The position numbers and the translations under genes were made by a program. DNA of 41,699 nucleotides from an uncultured Oscillospiraceae bacterium (lineage in GTDB: Bacteria > Bacillota > Clostridia > Christensenellales > CAG-138), in NCBI GenBank assembly GCA_964489575.1, contig CAZAZI010000001.1, positions 1 to 41,699 of the forward strand. Reading direction: 5' to 3'. Of the stretch, positions 1-8,656 are shown one piece after another. The stretch's first letter is position 1. Each line of letters begins with the position of its first letter. The notes under the pieces were generated by a model, which saw only the letters and a program-made list of their open reading frames with translations, was not told where the DNA came from and ran no database searches.

Positions 1-240
1 AACGCCGGCAAGGTCACGGAAAACTTCGAAAAAATCCAGCAAGCCAGCGCCGAGCAAGCCGGGGCCATCGAGCAGGTGAAGCAGGGCCTTTCGCAGGTGA
101 GCGCCGTGGTACAGACCAACGCCGCCACAGCGGAGGAGAACTCCGCCACCAGCGAAGAAATGTCCGCCCAGGCGGCTACGCTGCGGGCCGAGGTCGGCAA
201 ATTCAAACTGGCCGGCGGGAACGAGGCGCTTCCATTCTAA
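1..240 (+). CDS. methyl-accepting chemotaxis protein, C-terminal fragment (5' end lies outside the window)
   Basis: Frame 1 is open from base 1 to TAA at 238-240. The translation ...AEQAGAIEQVKQGLSQVSAVVQTNAATAEENSATSEEMSAQAATLRAEVGKFKL is the typical C-terminal end of an MCP signalling domain. Confidence 0.8.
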   Translation, partial: NAGKVTENFEKIQQASAEQAGAIEQVKQGLSQVSAVVQTNAATAEENSATSEEMSAQAATLRAEVGKFKLAGGNEALPF

Positions 241-247
241 CCGATTA

Positions 248-276
248 AGCCGGGCCTTCCTTGCGAGGGCCCGGCT
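248..276 (+). terminator. possible weak terminator hairpin after the MCP gene
   Basis: AGCCGGGCC (248-256) pairs with GGCCCGGCT (268-276) around an 11-nt loop. No T-tract follows, so this is weak. Confidence 0.3.
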
Positions 277-411
277 CAACCACATAGCGGCACATCAAAA
301 CGCACATCTACCCCTTCCCGGCAAGCGCCCAAGCGGCACGCTGCGCATAGATGCCGGCAGATTCACATTGAATGCCGAAAGCTAACGGGCGTAAGATTGG
401 AGGTTTGCGGC

Positions 412-3297
412 ATGACAAGCAGGCCATTTTATAGGAAACTCGGCTTTATGCTGGCGCTGGTGACCATCTGCGGCATCCTGGTGATCGGCGTCGTTTCCGT
501 GCTGTATATGTCCACCAGCAGCCAGCGCCTGTCGGATCAGATCACGGCGGCGCGCGGAGAAACGGCGCTGGCCGCCATGGAATCCGTGCTTGAGCGATAC
601 GAGAGCACATCCAGGATTGCGGCGGAATATATCTCAACGGATGTGGATATCATCGCCGCCTTGGCCCGTAAGGATAAGCCCGCTCTACGCGCTTTGGCCG
701 GCCAGGCCGCCGCGCGTATCAGCCTGGGCGTGAGCCGTTTTGTCTTTACCGATATCAACGGCGTGGTCGTGGCCCGCTACCACAGCGAGCAGAGCGGGGA
801 TTCCCTGGCCTATATGGATTGCATCGCCCAAGCCCTGGCCGGGAATATCACGACCAGCCTGGAATATGGCACCGTGGTGCAGCTGGGCGTGCGCACCGGC
901 GCGCCGGTACGCAATGCGCGGGGGGAGATCATCGGGGCCGCGTTGGCCGTCTATTCCTTGATGGATCCCGAATTCGTAGATGGAATGAAGACCTCCACGG
1001 GCAACGAATTCAGCGTTTACATCGGGGACAAGCGAGCCAATACGACCCTCCTGGATGGGGCCAGCCGTGCGATAGGCACCAAGATGGACCCCGAGATCGC
1101 CCGCGTCGTGCTGGAGAGCAAGCAGGTCTACGTAGGCAGGATCATAGCCTTTGACAAACCTTATATGGCGGTGTACAAACCCATTATCGATTCCGCAGGG
1201 AACGTTCTCGGCTCTTTCGTGTCGGCCATATCCATGGATCAGATCAACGCGTTGCGGCATCGCTCCATGCGAAATGTGATCCTCATTGAACTGATGCTGA
1301 TGGCCGCGGTAACCGCCGGGCTGCAGCTCTATACGCGCAAAGCGATCACCGTGCCCCTGGAAAAGATGGCGGCCTCAGCCGCCCAGATGACCCGCGGCAA
1401 TTTGCAGGTGGAAATCCTGCATCAATCGGAAAACGAGCTGGGCATCCTGGCGGACGCCCTGCGCATCATGGTGTGCAGGATCAACAACTACATCCACGAC
1501 CTGCGCCGCCGGGAGGGCGATCTGATGATCGCCCTGCATCAGGCGGAGCAGGCGGAAGAAGCTAAGTCGCAGTTCCTGGCCAACATGAGTCACGAGATCC
1601 GAACGCCCATGAACGCCATCATCGGCATGGCCTATCTGGCCCTGCAAACGGAGTTAACGCCCAAGCAGCGCGGCTACATCGATAACATCCACCGCTCCTC
1701 CACTTCCCTGCTGGGGATTATCAACGATATCCTGGATTTTTCCAAGGTCGAATCCGGCAAGATGCTGCTGGAGCATATCGAATTCGACCTGTGGCACGTG
1801 CTGCAGACCTGCTTTTTGCTCATCGATAGCCAGGCGCGGGAAAAGGGCCTTAATTTCATCTGCCGCGTTGATACGGAAACGCCCCCCCATATCGTGGGCG
1901 ACCCGCTGCGCCTCTCGGAGATCCTCTCCAACCTGGCAAGCAACGCGGTAAAGTTTACCGATGCGGGGGAAGTCGTCATCCATGTGCGGCCGCTCGGCAG
2001 GATCGACGACCGCGTGCGGCTGCAATTTCGCGTGCGCGATACGGGCATCGGCATGGACCCCGAGGAGCTTGATCATGTTTTCGAGGCCTTCGTGCAAGCG
2101 GATAGCTCCACCACCCGCAAGTTCGGCGGCACGGGCCTGGGCCTGGTCATCAGCAAGAGCCTGGCGGAGCTGATGGGCGGCACGCTGGACGCGTCCAGCA
2201 TCAAGGGCGGCGGCAGCATCTTTACCTTCACCGCATGGTTTGAGATCGGCCGGGGCGAGAGCGCCGCTGAGGCGGGCGTCGAGGGCGCGCCCAGGCAATA
2301 CGGCCTGGCAGGCTACCGGGTGTTGCTGGCCGAGGATAACGAGATCAATTTGCAGCTCGCGGTAGAGCTGCTTGAGAGCCAGGGCATGCTGGTAGAAACC
2401 GCCCGCAATGGCGTTGAGGCCGTAGCGCGCTTTTGTGAAGCCCCGCCCCATGCCTTCCAAGCCATTTTGATGGATTTGCAGATGCCGGAAATGGATGGCT
2501 TTGAGGCGGTGGCCCGCATCCGTAAAAAGGATCAGGCCATCCCTATCCTGGCTATGACGGCCCGCACCATGGCGGATGAAAAGCAAAAATGCTTTGAAGC
2601 CGGCATGAACGACCACATCGCTAAGCCTATCGACGTGAACGCCCTCTTCGCCACCCTGGCCAAGTGGCTGCACGTGCGGGGCGAGGCGCCCAAGGCGGCG
2701 GCGCAGCCGGCGCTCCACATCGAGGGTGTAAATACCCGGCAGGGCCTTGGCCGCGCCGGGGGCAACCTGCGCCTGTATGCGGAATTGCTGCTGCGCTTTG
2801 CCGCGCTGCAAAAAGATTATCTTGACGAAATGCGGCAGGCCGTATTTAATAATGATATACCCCTTGCTTCCCAACTCGCGCACACGCTCAAGGGCCTGGC
2901 CGCCAATTTGGGGGTAGATCAGGCGCTCCCGCTTATCTTGGGCCTGGAAGCGGCCTTAACATCCGGTAAAGTCGACCGATCCCCTTCTCTTGTGCTGGGA
3001 GAGGTGGCCGTTTGTTTGTCGCAGATAGCCGCAAACATCGAAAACGCCCCTACCCTTCAATCTTTTAAGCAACAAACACCCGGCCAAGATGGCGAACTGA
3101 GCGCGCTGGAGACAGCCAAGTTGCTCAACCTTCTGCGCGAGAGCGATATGGAGGCGGCGGCTTACTTTGATGTGATCCGCGCCAAGCTGCGGGCCAGGAT
3201 GGGCGCTGCGGATTATGCCGCCCTATCCCGCGCCATCGGCCGCTATGATTTTCTCGAAGCAGCGGGAATATTGGCGCACCGCCCCATAGAGGGCTAG
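412..3297 (+). CDS. hybrid sensor histidine kinase (TM - Cache-type extracytoplasmic domain - TM - HAMP - HisKA/HATPase - REC - Hpt)
   Basis: GGAGG at 399-403 sits 8 nt before ATG 412; the track ORF begins at TTG 397. H-box SHEIRTPMNAI, G-boxes DTGIGM and GGTGLGL, receiver LMDLQMPEMDG, and the Hpt motif AHTLKGLAANLG. Confidence 0.9.
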   Translation: MTSRPFYRKLGFMLALVTICGILVIGVVSVLYMSTSSQRLSDQITAARGETALAAMESVLERYESTSRIAAEYISTDVDIIAALARKDKPALRALAGQAAARISLGVSRFVFTDINGVVVARYHSEQSGDSLAYMDCIAQALAGNITTSLEYGTVVQLGVRTGAPVRNARGEIIGAALAVYSLMDPEFVDGMKTSTGNEFSVYIGDKRANTTLLDGASRAIGTKMDPEIARVVLESKQVYVGRIIAFDKPYMAVYKPIIDSAGNVLGSFVSAISMDQINALRHRSMRNVILIELMLMAAVTAGLQLYTRKAITVPLEKMAASAAQMTRGNLQVEILHQSENELGILADALRIMVCRINNYIHDLRRREGDLMIALHQAEQAEEAKSQFLANMSHEIRTPMNAIIGMAYLALQTELTPKQRGYIDNIHRSSTSLLGIINDILDFSKVESGKMLLEHIEFDLWHVLQTCFLLIDSQAREKGLNFICRVDTETPPHIVGDPLRLSEILSNLASNAVKFTDAGEVVIHVRPLGRIDDRVRLQFRVRDTGIGMDPEELDHVFEAFVQADSSTTRKFGGTGLGLVISKSLAELMGGTLDASSIKGGGSIFTFTAWFEIGRGESAAEAGVEGAPRQYGLAGYRVLLAEDNEINLQLAVELLESQGMLVETARNGVEAVARFCEAPPHAFQAILMDLQMPEMDGFEAVARIRKKDQAIPILAMTARTMADEKQKCFEAGMNDHIAKPIDVNALFATLAKWLHVRGEAPKAAAQPALHIEGVNTRQGLGRAGGNLRLYAELLLRFAALQKDYLDEMRQAVFNNDIPLASQLAHTLKGLAANLGVDQALPLILGLEAALTSGKVDRSPSLVLGEVAVCLSQIAANIENAPTLQSFKQQTPGQDGELSALETAKLLNLLRESDMEAAAYFDVIRAKLRARMGAADYAALSRAIGRYDFLEAAGILAHRPIEG

Positions 3298-3461
3298 CTT
3301 TGAACCCGGCCTTCGGCCCGAAGCCGTGCGATTTGAGGCGACTTCCAGCGGAGGCGGGAAGCATAGCGGCGTCTATTTCGGCCGGGGGCAACATAGAAGA
3401 CGACCAAAGGCATGCCGCAGCGGCGGGTGCGGATTACATGCGGACGGCTAGGAGGGCCGCT

Positions 3462-4610
3462 ATGCTTCAGCAACGGGAAAAGCCGGTGGTGCTGATCGTT
3501 GACGATACGGCGGACAACATCGCGCTGGTAAATGAATTATTAAAAAAGAATTACCGGGTCAAGGCCGCCACCAACGGCGAAAAGGGGCTGGAAGTGGCTA
3601 AGAACACGCGCCCGGATATTATCCTTATGGATGTGACCATGCCGGTGATGAACGGCTACGAAGCCTGCCGCAGGCTCAAACAGGACGAAGCGCTTAAGGA
3701 TATACCCGTGCTGTTTCTCACGGCGCGCTCCGATGAAGCGGATGAGGAACAGGGCTTCCTTTTGGGCGCGGCTGATTATATCGTCAAGCCCGTTATCCCC
3801 TCTACCTTGCTGGCCCGCATCCAAACGCACCTTTCCCTCAAGCGGGCCCGGGATATCCTGGCGGATCAAAACCGCTTCCTCGACGAGGAGGTGCAGCGCC
3901 GCACGCGGGATATTTCCCTCATCCAGGAGGCCACCATCCTGGCCATGGCTACCCTGGCGGAAACCCGCGATAACGAAACGGGCGACCATTTGCAACGGGC
4001 CAAGCTCTATATCCGCGAGCTGGCCGAGGAGATGGGCAAGCTCCCAAAATACCAAGACGCCCTCACCCCGGAAAAAATCAAGCTGCTCGTCCTTTCCGCC
4101 CCGCTGCACGACATCGGTAAGGTCGGCATCCCGGATCAAATTCTATTGAAGCCTGGGAAGCTTACCCCGGAGGAATATGAGATCATGAAAAAGCACACGG
4201 CATTGGGCCGGGACGCAATTATGAGCGCGGAAAGCCTGATCGGCGGCGCGGAGACCTTTCTGAGCTGCGCCCGGGAAATCGCTTACTCCCATCACGAAAA
4301 ATGGGATGGCAGCGGCTATCCCCAAGGCCTGCGCGGGGCGGCCATTCCCCTGCCCGCCCGGCTGATGGCCGTGGTGGACGCTTACGATACCCTTACCTCC
4401 CGGCGCATATACAAGGCCGCCGTTTCCCACGAAGCGGCCGTATCCATCATCGCGGGGGATTCCGGGCGGCATTTTGATCCGGATGTTGTGGTTGCCTTTC
4501 TCTCTGCCAAGGATCGGTTCTATAGCATCGCTACCCGATGTGTGTACTGCACGGTAGGCCTGCTTGCACAGATGCAGGAGAGCCTTCAGGAAATCCGGAG
4601 GGTTCCATGA
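3462..4610 (+). CDS. response regulator with HD-GYP c-di-GMP phosphodiesterase output domain (RpfG type)
   Basis: AGGAGGG at 3450-3456 precedes ATG 3462. REC motifs VLIVDD and ILMDVTMPVMNG. HD-GYP motifs HDIGKVGIPD and HHEKWDGSGYPQG. The 54 codons upstream in the track ORF look non-coding. Confidence 0.9.
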   Translation: MLQQREKPVVLIVDDTADNIALVNELLKKNYRVKAATNGEKGLEVAKNTRPDIILMDVTMPVMNGYEACRRLKQDEALKDIPVLFLTARSDEADEEQGFLLGAADYIVKPVIPSTLLARIQTHLSLKRARDILADQNRFLDEEVQRRTRDISLIQEATILAMATLAETRDNETGDHLQRAKLYIRELAEEMGKLPKYQDALTPEKIKLLVLSAPLHDIGKVGIPDQILLKPGKLTPEEYEIMKKHTALGRDAIMSAESLIGGAETFLSCAREIAYSHHEKWDGSGYPQGLRGAAIPLPARLMAVVDAYDTLTSRRIYKAAVSHEAAVSIIAGDSGRHFDPDVVVAFLSAKDRFYSIATRCVYCTVGLLAQMQESLQEIRRVP

Positions 4611-7489
4611 AAATGTCTCGTCTATTTGTTAAAACGTTCCTAGCCGCCACTCTCCTGCTGCTCCCCGTTGCGCACGCGACGGCGGCGGGTGAACCCATCG
4701 AATTTGAGGATGCTTTTCATGAGCATGGGGCGGTAATGATGCTCGTTGAACCGGAAACCGGGCGCATCCTCTATGCAAACAGCGCCGCCGCGGAGTTTTA
4801 CGGCTATTCCAAGGCACAGCTCACCTCCATGAAGATGGCCGATATCGTTATCCCGGGCTCCGAGCAAACCGACCAGCAACCCCTCGCGAGCGGATCTTCC
4901 GAAACCTACTCTTACTTATTGGAACAGCGGCTCGCAAACGGGGAGCTGCGCACCGTGGAGCTTTATGCCTACCTTGCGGATCTCGACGGCACCCCTGTGT
5001 TCTCCTGCGTCATCCATGACGTGACGGATGAGGTCATGCTGAAAAAAATGCTGCAGGGCGCGCTGGCCTTCGGCTCCATCCTGGCCATTATCACCCTGGC
5101 TCTTTTGCTGCGCCTGCTGCGCGGGCTCAAAAAGCAGACAAAAGCGCTGGCCCAGGCCAACAAGGAGCTGGAGAACTTCGCAGAGCTCTGGGCCACCTTC
5201 TATGACGCGGACGCCAGCTACGTATACCTCAAGGATGAAAACCTCAATTACGTGCTCGTCAACCGGGCTTTCAAAGAGCTGTATCAGCTGCCTTACGACC
5301 AGATCATCGGCTTCAACGACTATGTGCTGATGGAGCCTAAATATGCGGAAATGTATATGAAGACGGATCGGGAGGCGCTGGAGCAGAACAAGATGATCGT
5401 GCAGGTAGCCGCCTGGGAAAACAAGGTCTTTAAAACGACGAAATTCCCCGTGCGCCTCACGAGCGGCGACTTGGGCGTGGGCGCCTACGTATCCGATATT
5501 ACGGAGGAATACCGGCAGCAGCGCGAAAGGGAGCGGGCGCTCAAGCGCAACAGGCTGCTGGTCGAAGCCCTCAGCCACAGCTTCGACAGCACGCAGGAGC
5601 AGCTCAATTATGTGCTCAACGGCCTGCTGGAGCTTTCCGGCAGCCGGTATGGCTATATCTTCTTTTATAACGAGGAAAAGCGGGAGTTCATCATCAATTC
5701 CTGGACCCCTGGCGTGATGCAGGCCTGCAAGGTGCAGGATGAGCCCGCTGTATATAAGCTGGAGGAAACGGGCATTTGGGGCGAGGTCGTGCGGCAGCGC
5801 CAAGCCATCATCGTCAATGATTTCGAGCAGCCCAACCCGCTGCGCAAAGGGCATCCCCAAGGGCATATCGCCCTGAAAAAGTTCATGTCCGTGCCGGTGA
5901 TTATCGACGGCCATATCGTAGCGGCCGTTGGCCTTGCCAACAAGGAAACCGATTACGACGAAACCGACGTAAATGAGATGACGATGCTCATGAGCGGCGT
6001 ATGGAACGCTGTAAAACGCCGTGAAACCAACGATACCCTGGCCTATGAGCGCAATAAATACTACCAGACCCTGCTCTCCATCGGGGATGGCGTGATGGTG
6101 GTGGACCGTAACCAGAATATCGAATTCCTCAATGATGTGGCTTGCAGGCTCACCGGCTGGTCTTTGGAAGAGGCGAGGGGCGTGCACTATAAACAGGTCT
6201 TCGTCCTTTCCCATGAGCAGGCGAAGGCCGATATCACAGACCCAATCGCCAGCGTGTTCCGCACCCGCGAGATTCAACAGCTGGGCAACCACGCCGTTTT
6301 GACCTCCCGCCAGGGCGCGCGTTACTCTTTGGAGGATAGCGCCGCCCCCATCATCGCGGAGGAGTCGGGCACGCTGGCAGGCGTTGTGCTGGTATTCCGG
6401 GATGTAACGGAAAAGAAAGAGCAGCAGCGCAAGATCGAATACATGAGCTTCCACGACGCGCTGACCGGGCTGTACAACCGGCGCTTTTTCGAGGAGGAGG
6501 TGCGCCGGCTGGATACCACCCGCAACCAGCCCATCACCATCCTCATGGGCGATGTGGATAGCCTAAAGCTTACCAACGATATATTCGGCCATGCGGCGGG
6601 CGATCTGCTGCTGAGTAAGGTGGCCGCAGCCATGCAGAAGGTATGCCGCTCGGACGACATCATCGCCCGCTGGGGCGGCGACGAATTCGTGCTGCTGCTG
6701 CCGAAAACCGGCAGCGAAGAGGCCGAAAAGCTGGCAAAGCGGATTTGCAACGAGCTGGGCTCACAGCAAATCCGGGCCGTGCAATGCAGCGTTTCCCTGG
6801 GCCATGCCACTAAAACAGCCGACAGCGAAGATATCATGCAGGTGCTGGGCGCGGCGGAAGCGAAAATGTACGCGGTTAAATCCGTCGAGCGGGCCGATAA
6901 GCTCAGCCGGGGGATTACCATGCTGATCAGCGCCTTTTTCGAAAAGAGCGAGTCGGAGCGGCAGCACGCCCTGCGTATGCGGGAGCTGTGCAGGCGCATC
7001 GGCGGCGCCCTGTGCCTGCCCGAATCCGATATACACCGGCTCATGGAAGCCGGTTACCTGCACGATATCGGCAAGGTCATTCTCGACCCGGAGCGGCTGC
7101 AGGGCATCATTGCCCTGAATGCCGCGGAAGAGAGCGATATGCGCAAGCACCCCGTGATCGGCTACCGCATCCTCAGCTACTTCGACGCCACGCTGGAGCT
7201 GGCGGAGGCGGCGCTGGCGCATCACGAAAGCTGGGATGGCTCCGGTTATCCCAAGGGGCTTTCGGGCAAGCGAATTCCCTTCTTCGCCCGCATCCTCACA
7301 GCTGTGGAAGCCTACGACCGCATGCTGCATAACCCGGACCCGGCCTTGGCCAAAACGCCGCGCGAGGCCATCCGGGAGATCCGCAGCCGCGCGGGCAGCC
7401 AGTTCGATCCACGCATCGCCGCTGTGCTGGCCGACATGCTGGAGGCCGAGCTGGGCGCCCCTGCGCCCACTTCGGACGCGGACGGTTGA
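4607..7489 (+). CDS. signal peptide/TM - PAS - TM - PAS - GAF - PAS - GGDEF - HD-GYP multidomain c-di-GMP turnover protein
   Basis: ATG 4607 overlaps the upstream stop (ATGA at 4607-4610), with GGAGGG upstream. N-terminus MKMSRLFVKTFLAATLLLLPVAHATAAG. Intact GGDEF with I-site (RSDDIIARWGGDEF). HD-GYP motifs HDIGKV and HHESWDGSGYPKG. Confidence 0.9.
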   Translation: MKMSRLFVKTFLAATLLLLPVAHATAAGEPIEFEDAFHEHGAVMMLVEPETGRILYANSAAAEFYGYSKAQLTSMKMADIVIPGSEQTDQQPLASGSSETYSYLLEQRLANGELRTVELYAYLADLDGTPVFSCVIHDVTDEVMLKKMLQGALAFGSILAIITLALLLRLLRGLKKQTKALAQANKELENFAELWATFYDADASYVYLKDENLNYVLVNRAFKELYQLPYDQIIGFNDYVLMEPKYAEMYMKTDREALEQNKMIVQVAAWENKVFKTTKFPVRLTSGDLGVGAYVSDITEEYRQQRERERALKRNRLLVEALSHSFDSTQEQLNYVLNGLLELSGSRYGYIFFYNEEKREFIINSWTPGVMQACKVQDEPAVYKLEETGIWGEVVRQRQAIIVNDFEQPNPLRKGHPQGHIALKKFMSVPVIIDGHIVAAVGLANKETDYDETDVNEMTMLMSGVWNAVKRRETNDTLAYERNKYYQTLLSIGDGVMVVDRNQNIEFLNDVACRLTGWSLEEARGVHYKQVFVLSHEQAKADITDPIASVFRTREIQQLGNHAVLTSRQGARYSLEDSAAPIIAEESGTLAGVVLVFRDVTEKKEQQRKIEYMSFHDALTGLYNRRFFEEEVRRLDTTRNQPITILMGDVDSLKLTNDIFGHAAGDLLLSKVAAAMQKVCRSDDIIARWGGDEFVLLLPKTGSEEAEKLAKRICNELGSQQIRAVQCSVSLGHATKTADSEDIMQVLGAAEAKMYAVKSVERADKLSRGITMLISAFFEKSESERQHALRMRELCRRIGGALCLPESDIHRLMEAGYLHDIGKVILDPERLQGIIALNAAEESDMRKHPVIGYRILSYFDATLELAEAALAHHESWDGSGYPKGLSGKRIPFFARILTAVEAYDRMLHNPDPALAKTPREAIREIRSRAGSQFDPRIAAVLADMLEAELGAPAPTSDADG

Positions 7490-7799
7490 GATAGGCGCTC
7501 TGTGGGCAGGCCCTCCTTTACGGGCGCTCCGGGGCCATTTGAGGAGGTTGAAAGGACACTGCCCCCTTGCGCAGCGCGTGCGTTTGAGGGCGTCCGGCGG
7601 CTATCTGGGGCTGGCGGACGGAGGAAGCCGCAGCAAGGAGCCTATCCCCGCTTAAAGCGCTGCGGAAGCCGTCCGAGAAGGCCCGCATCCATGTGAACGG
7701 AGCCGTTTACGCCTCGCGACCACACCGGCCGTTATACCGGACAGCCACACGTCGCGCGTATGTCCAATTCGGGCGGTTTATGCTAAGCCGATGTAAATA

Positions 7800-7830
7800 A
7801 AAGGCCATGTTTTTGGCCTTTTATTTATTT
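7800..7830 (+). terminator. intrinsic terminator about 310 nt downstream of the c-di-GMP operon
   Basis: AAAGGCCA (7800-7807) pairs with TGGCCTTT (7814-7821) around a 6-nt loop, followed by TTTTATTTATTT. Confidence 0.6.
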
Positions 7831-8230
7831 CTGGATTATTTTTTAATATTAATTATAATTATTTTTATTTTTTAATAAATCAATTTAATATTATTCCGAT
7901 TCTTTGCGCATTAATTTTTATCTGCTTTTATGCATAATAAAAAATAATCGGGATTCATTTCGCTAAATTATTCGGAAGTTTTCCGCTGCGCAATCATGGA
8001 GCATTAAATCTATAATCTGCGCAAACCCCCAAACTCTCCTCATTTTTCGCCATTAGTAGACTGCGCCCGGCGAATTTCCGATTTATTCATATTTAATTTA
8101 TTTTATTTTTTAAATTCAATTTGCCGGCGTTTAATATTAATTATACTTGTATTTTTATAAATCCGGAGCTTTTTATTTATTTTATTTTTTGGATTTTTAA
8201 AATAATTTTAGCAGAAGTTTTTTTGAAATT
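7831..8230. repeat. AT-rich non-coding island with repeated sequence modules
   Basis: Bases 7861-7920 hold only 9 G/C in 60 nt by my count, in an otherwise GC-rich window. The 16-nt exact repeat TTTAATATTAATTATA occurs at 7842-7857 and 8130-8145. TTTTATTTATTT occurs at 7819-7830 and 8171-8182. TTCCGATT occurs at 7894-7901 and 8076-8083. TGCGCA occurs at 7905, 7987 and 8018. No credible ORF. Confidence 0.5.
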
Positions 8231-8656
8231 ATTCTCGGGTTTTCCGCGGGACTTTCCGTTGGAAACACCGCGCCGGCAAAGGCGCAGTTTTGTATGCAAG
8301 AGTGTATGCGCAAGGGGTGGTTCTTTCCAGGCTAAGCGTTTTTGTGGGCGCACGCGAGCGGCCATGCCTCCGCCCCTGCTATCGCGGGAAGGGGGAGGTG
8401 CATTGCCTTATCCTCTCACGCCCTTGCCCAGGGACTCTTTTCATATATATAATAGCCGTTCCGGGCCGTTTTTTCAACCGCGAAAGACGGTGAAATACAC
8501 GCCGCGGCCGGGCGTTATCCTCGTAGAAGGATAAACATATTGAAGCGCCATTGGCTATAATAAAGATAGCATTTGCAAGAGCTTTCTGCTTTCTTCATTC
8601 GTTGTTTATGCACCGCCTGTCACCCGCTGTTTTGTGCATTATGCCAAGGAGGGGCC

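Noticed and set aside
3300-3461. N-terminal extensions in the ORF track. Examples: 3300-3461 on the REC-HD-GYP gene, 4538-4606 on the GGDEF gene, 8573-8656 on the LysR gene and 30241-30372 on the 2-hydroxyacid dehydrogenase gene.
   Set aside because: In each case an internal ATG is preceded by a strong AGGAGG-type site and the family domain begins right after it. The extensions overlap upstream genes or are compositionally non-coding.
4916-6454. Long antisense ORFs opposite real genes. Examples: 4916..6454 (512 aa), 1654..2883 (409 aa), 24668..25822 (384 aa), 26251..27279 (342 aa), 9827..10798 (323 aa) and 13598..14368 (256 aa).
   Set aside because: These are typical shadow ORFs of high-GC DNA. 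Their translations are Gly/Arg/Ala/His/Pro-rich and low in complexity, they lack SD sites, and they sit opposite ORFs with clear family motifs.
7490-7790. c-di-GMP riboswitch (GEMM-I/II) in the non-coding tail of the c-di-GMP operon.
   Set aside because: I saw no GGCAAACC or ACGCACAG-type conserved cores on either strand. Only a generic hairpin is present.
8121-8534. 137-aa plus-strand ORF spanning the AT-rich island and the GC-rich segment after it.
   Set aside because: It has a TTG start and no SD. The N-terminal half is merely translated AT-rich repeat (FINPELFIYFIFWIFKII) and the C-terminal half is Arg/Pro-rich. It looks non-coding.
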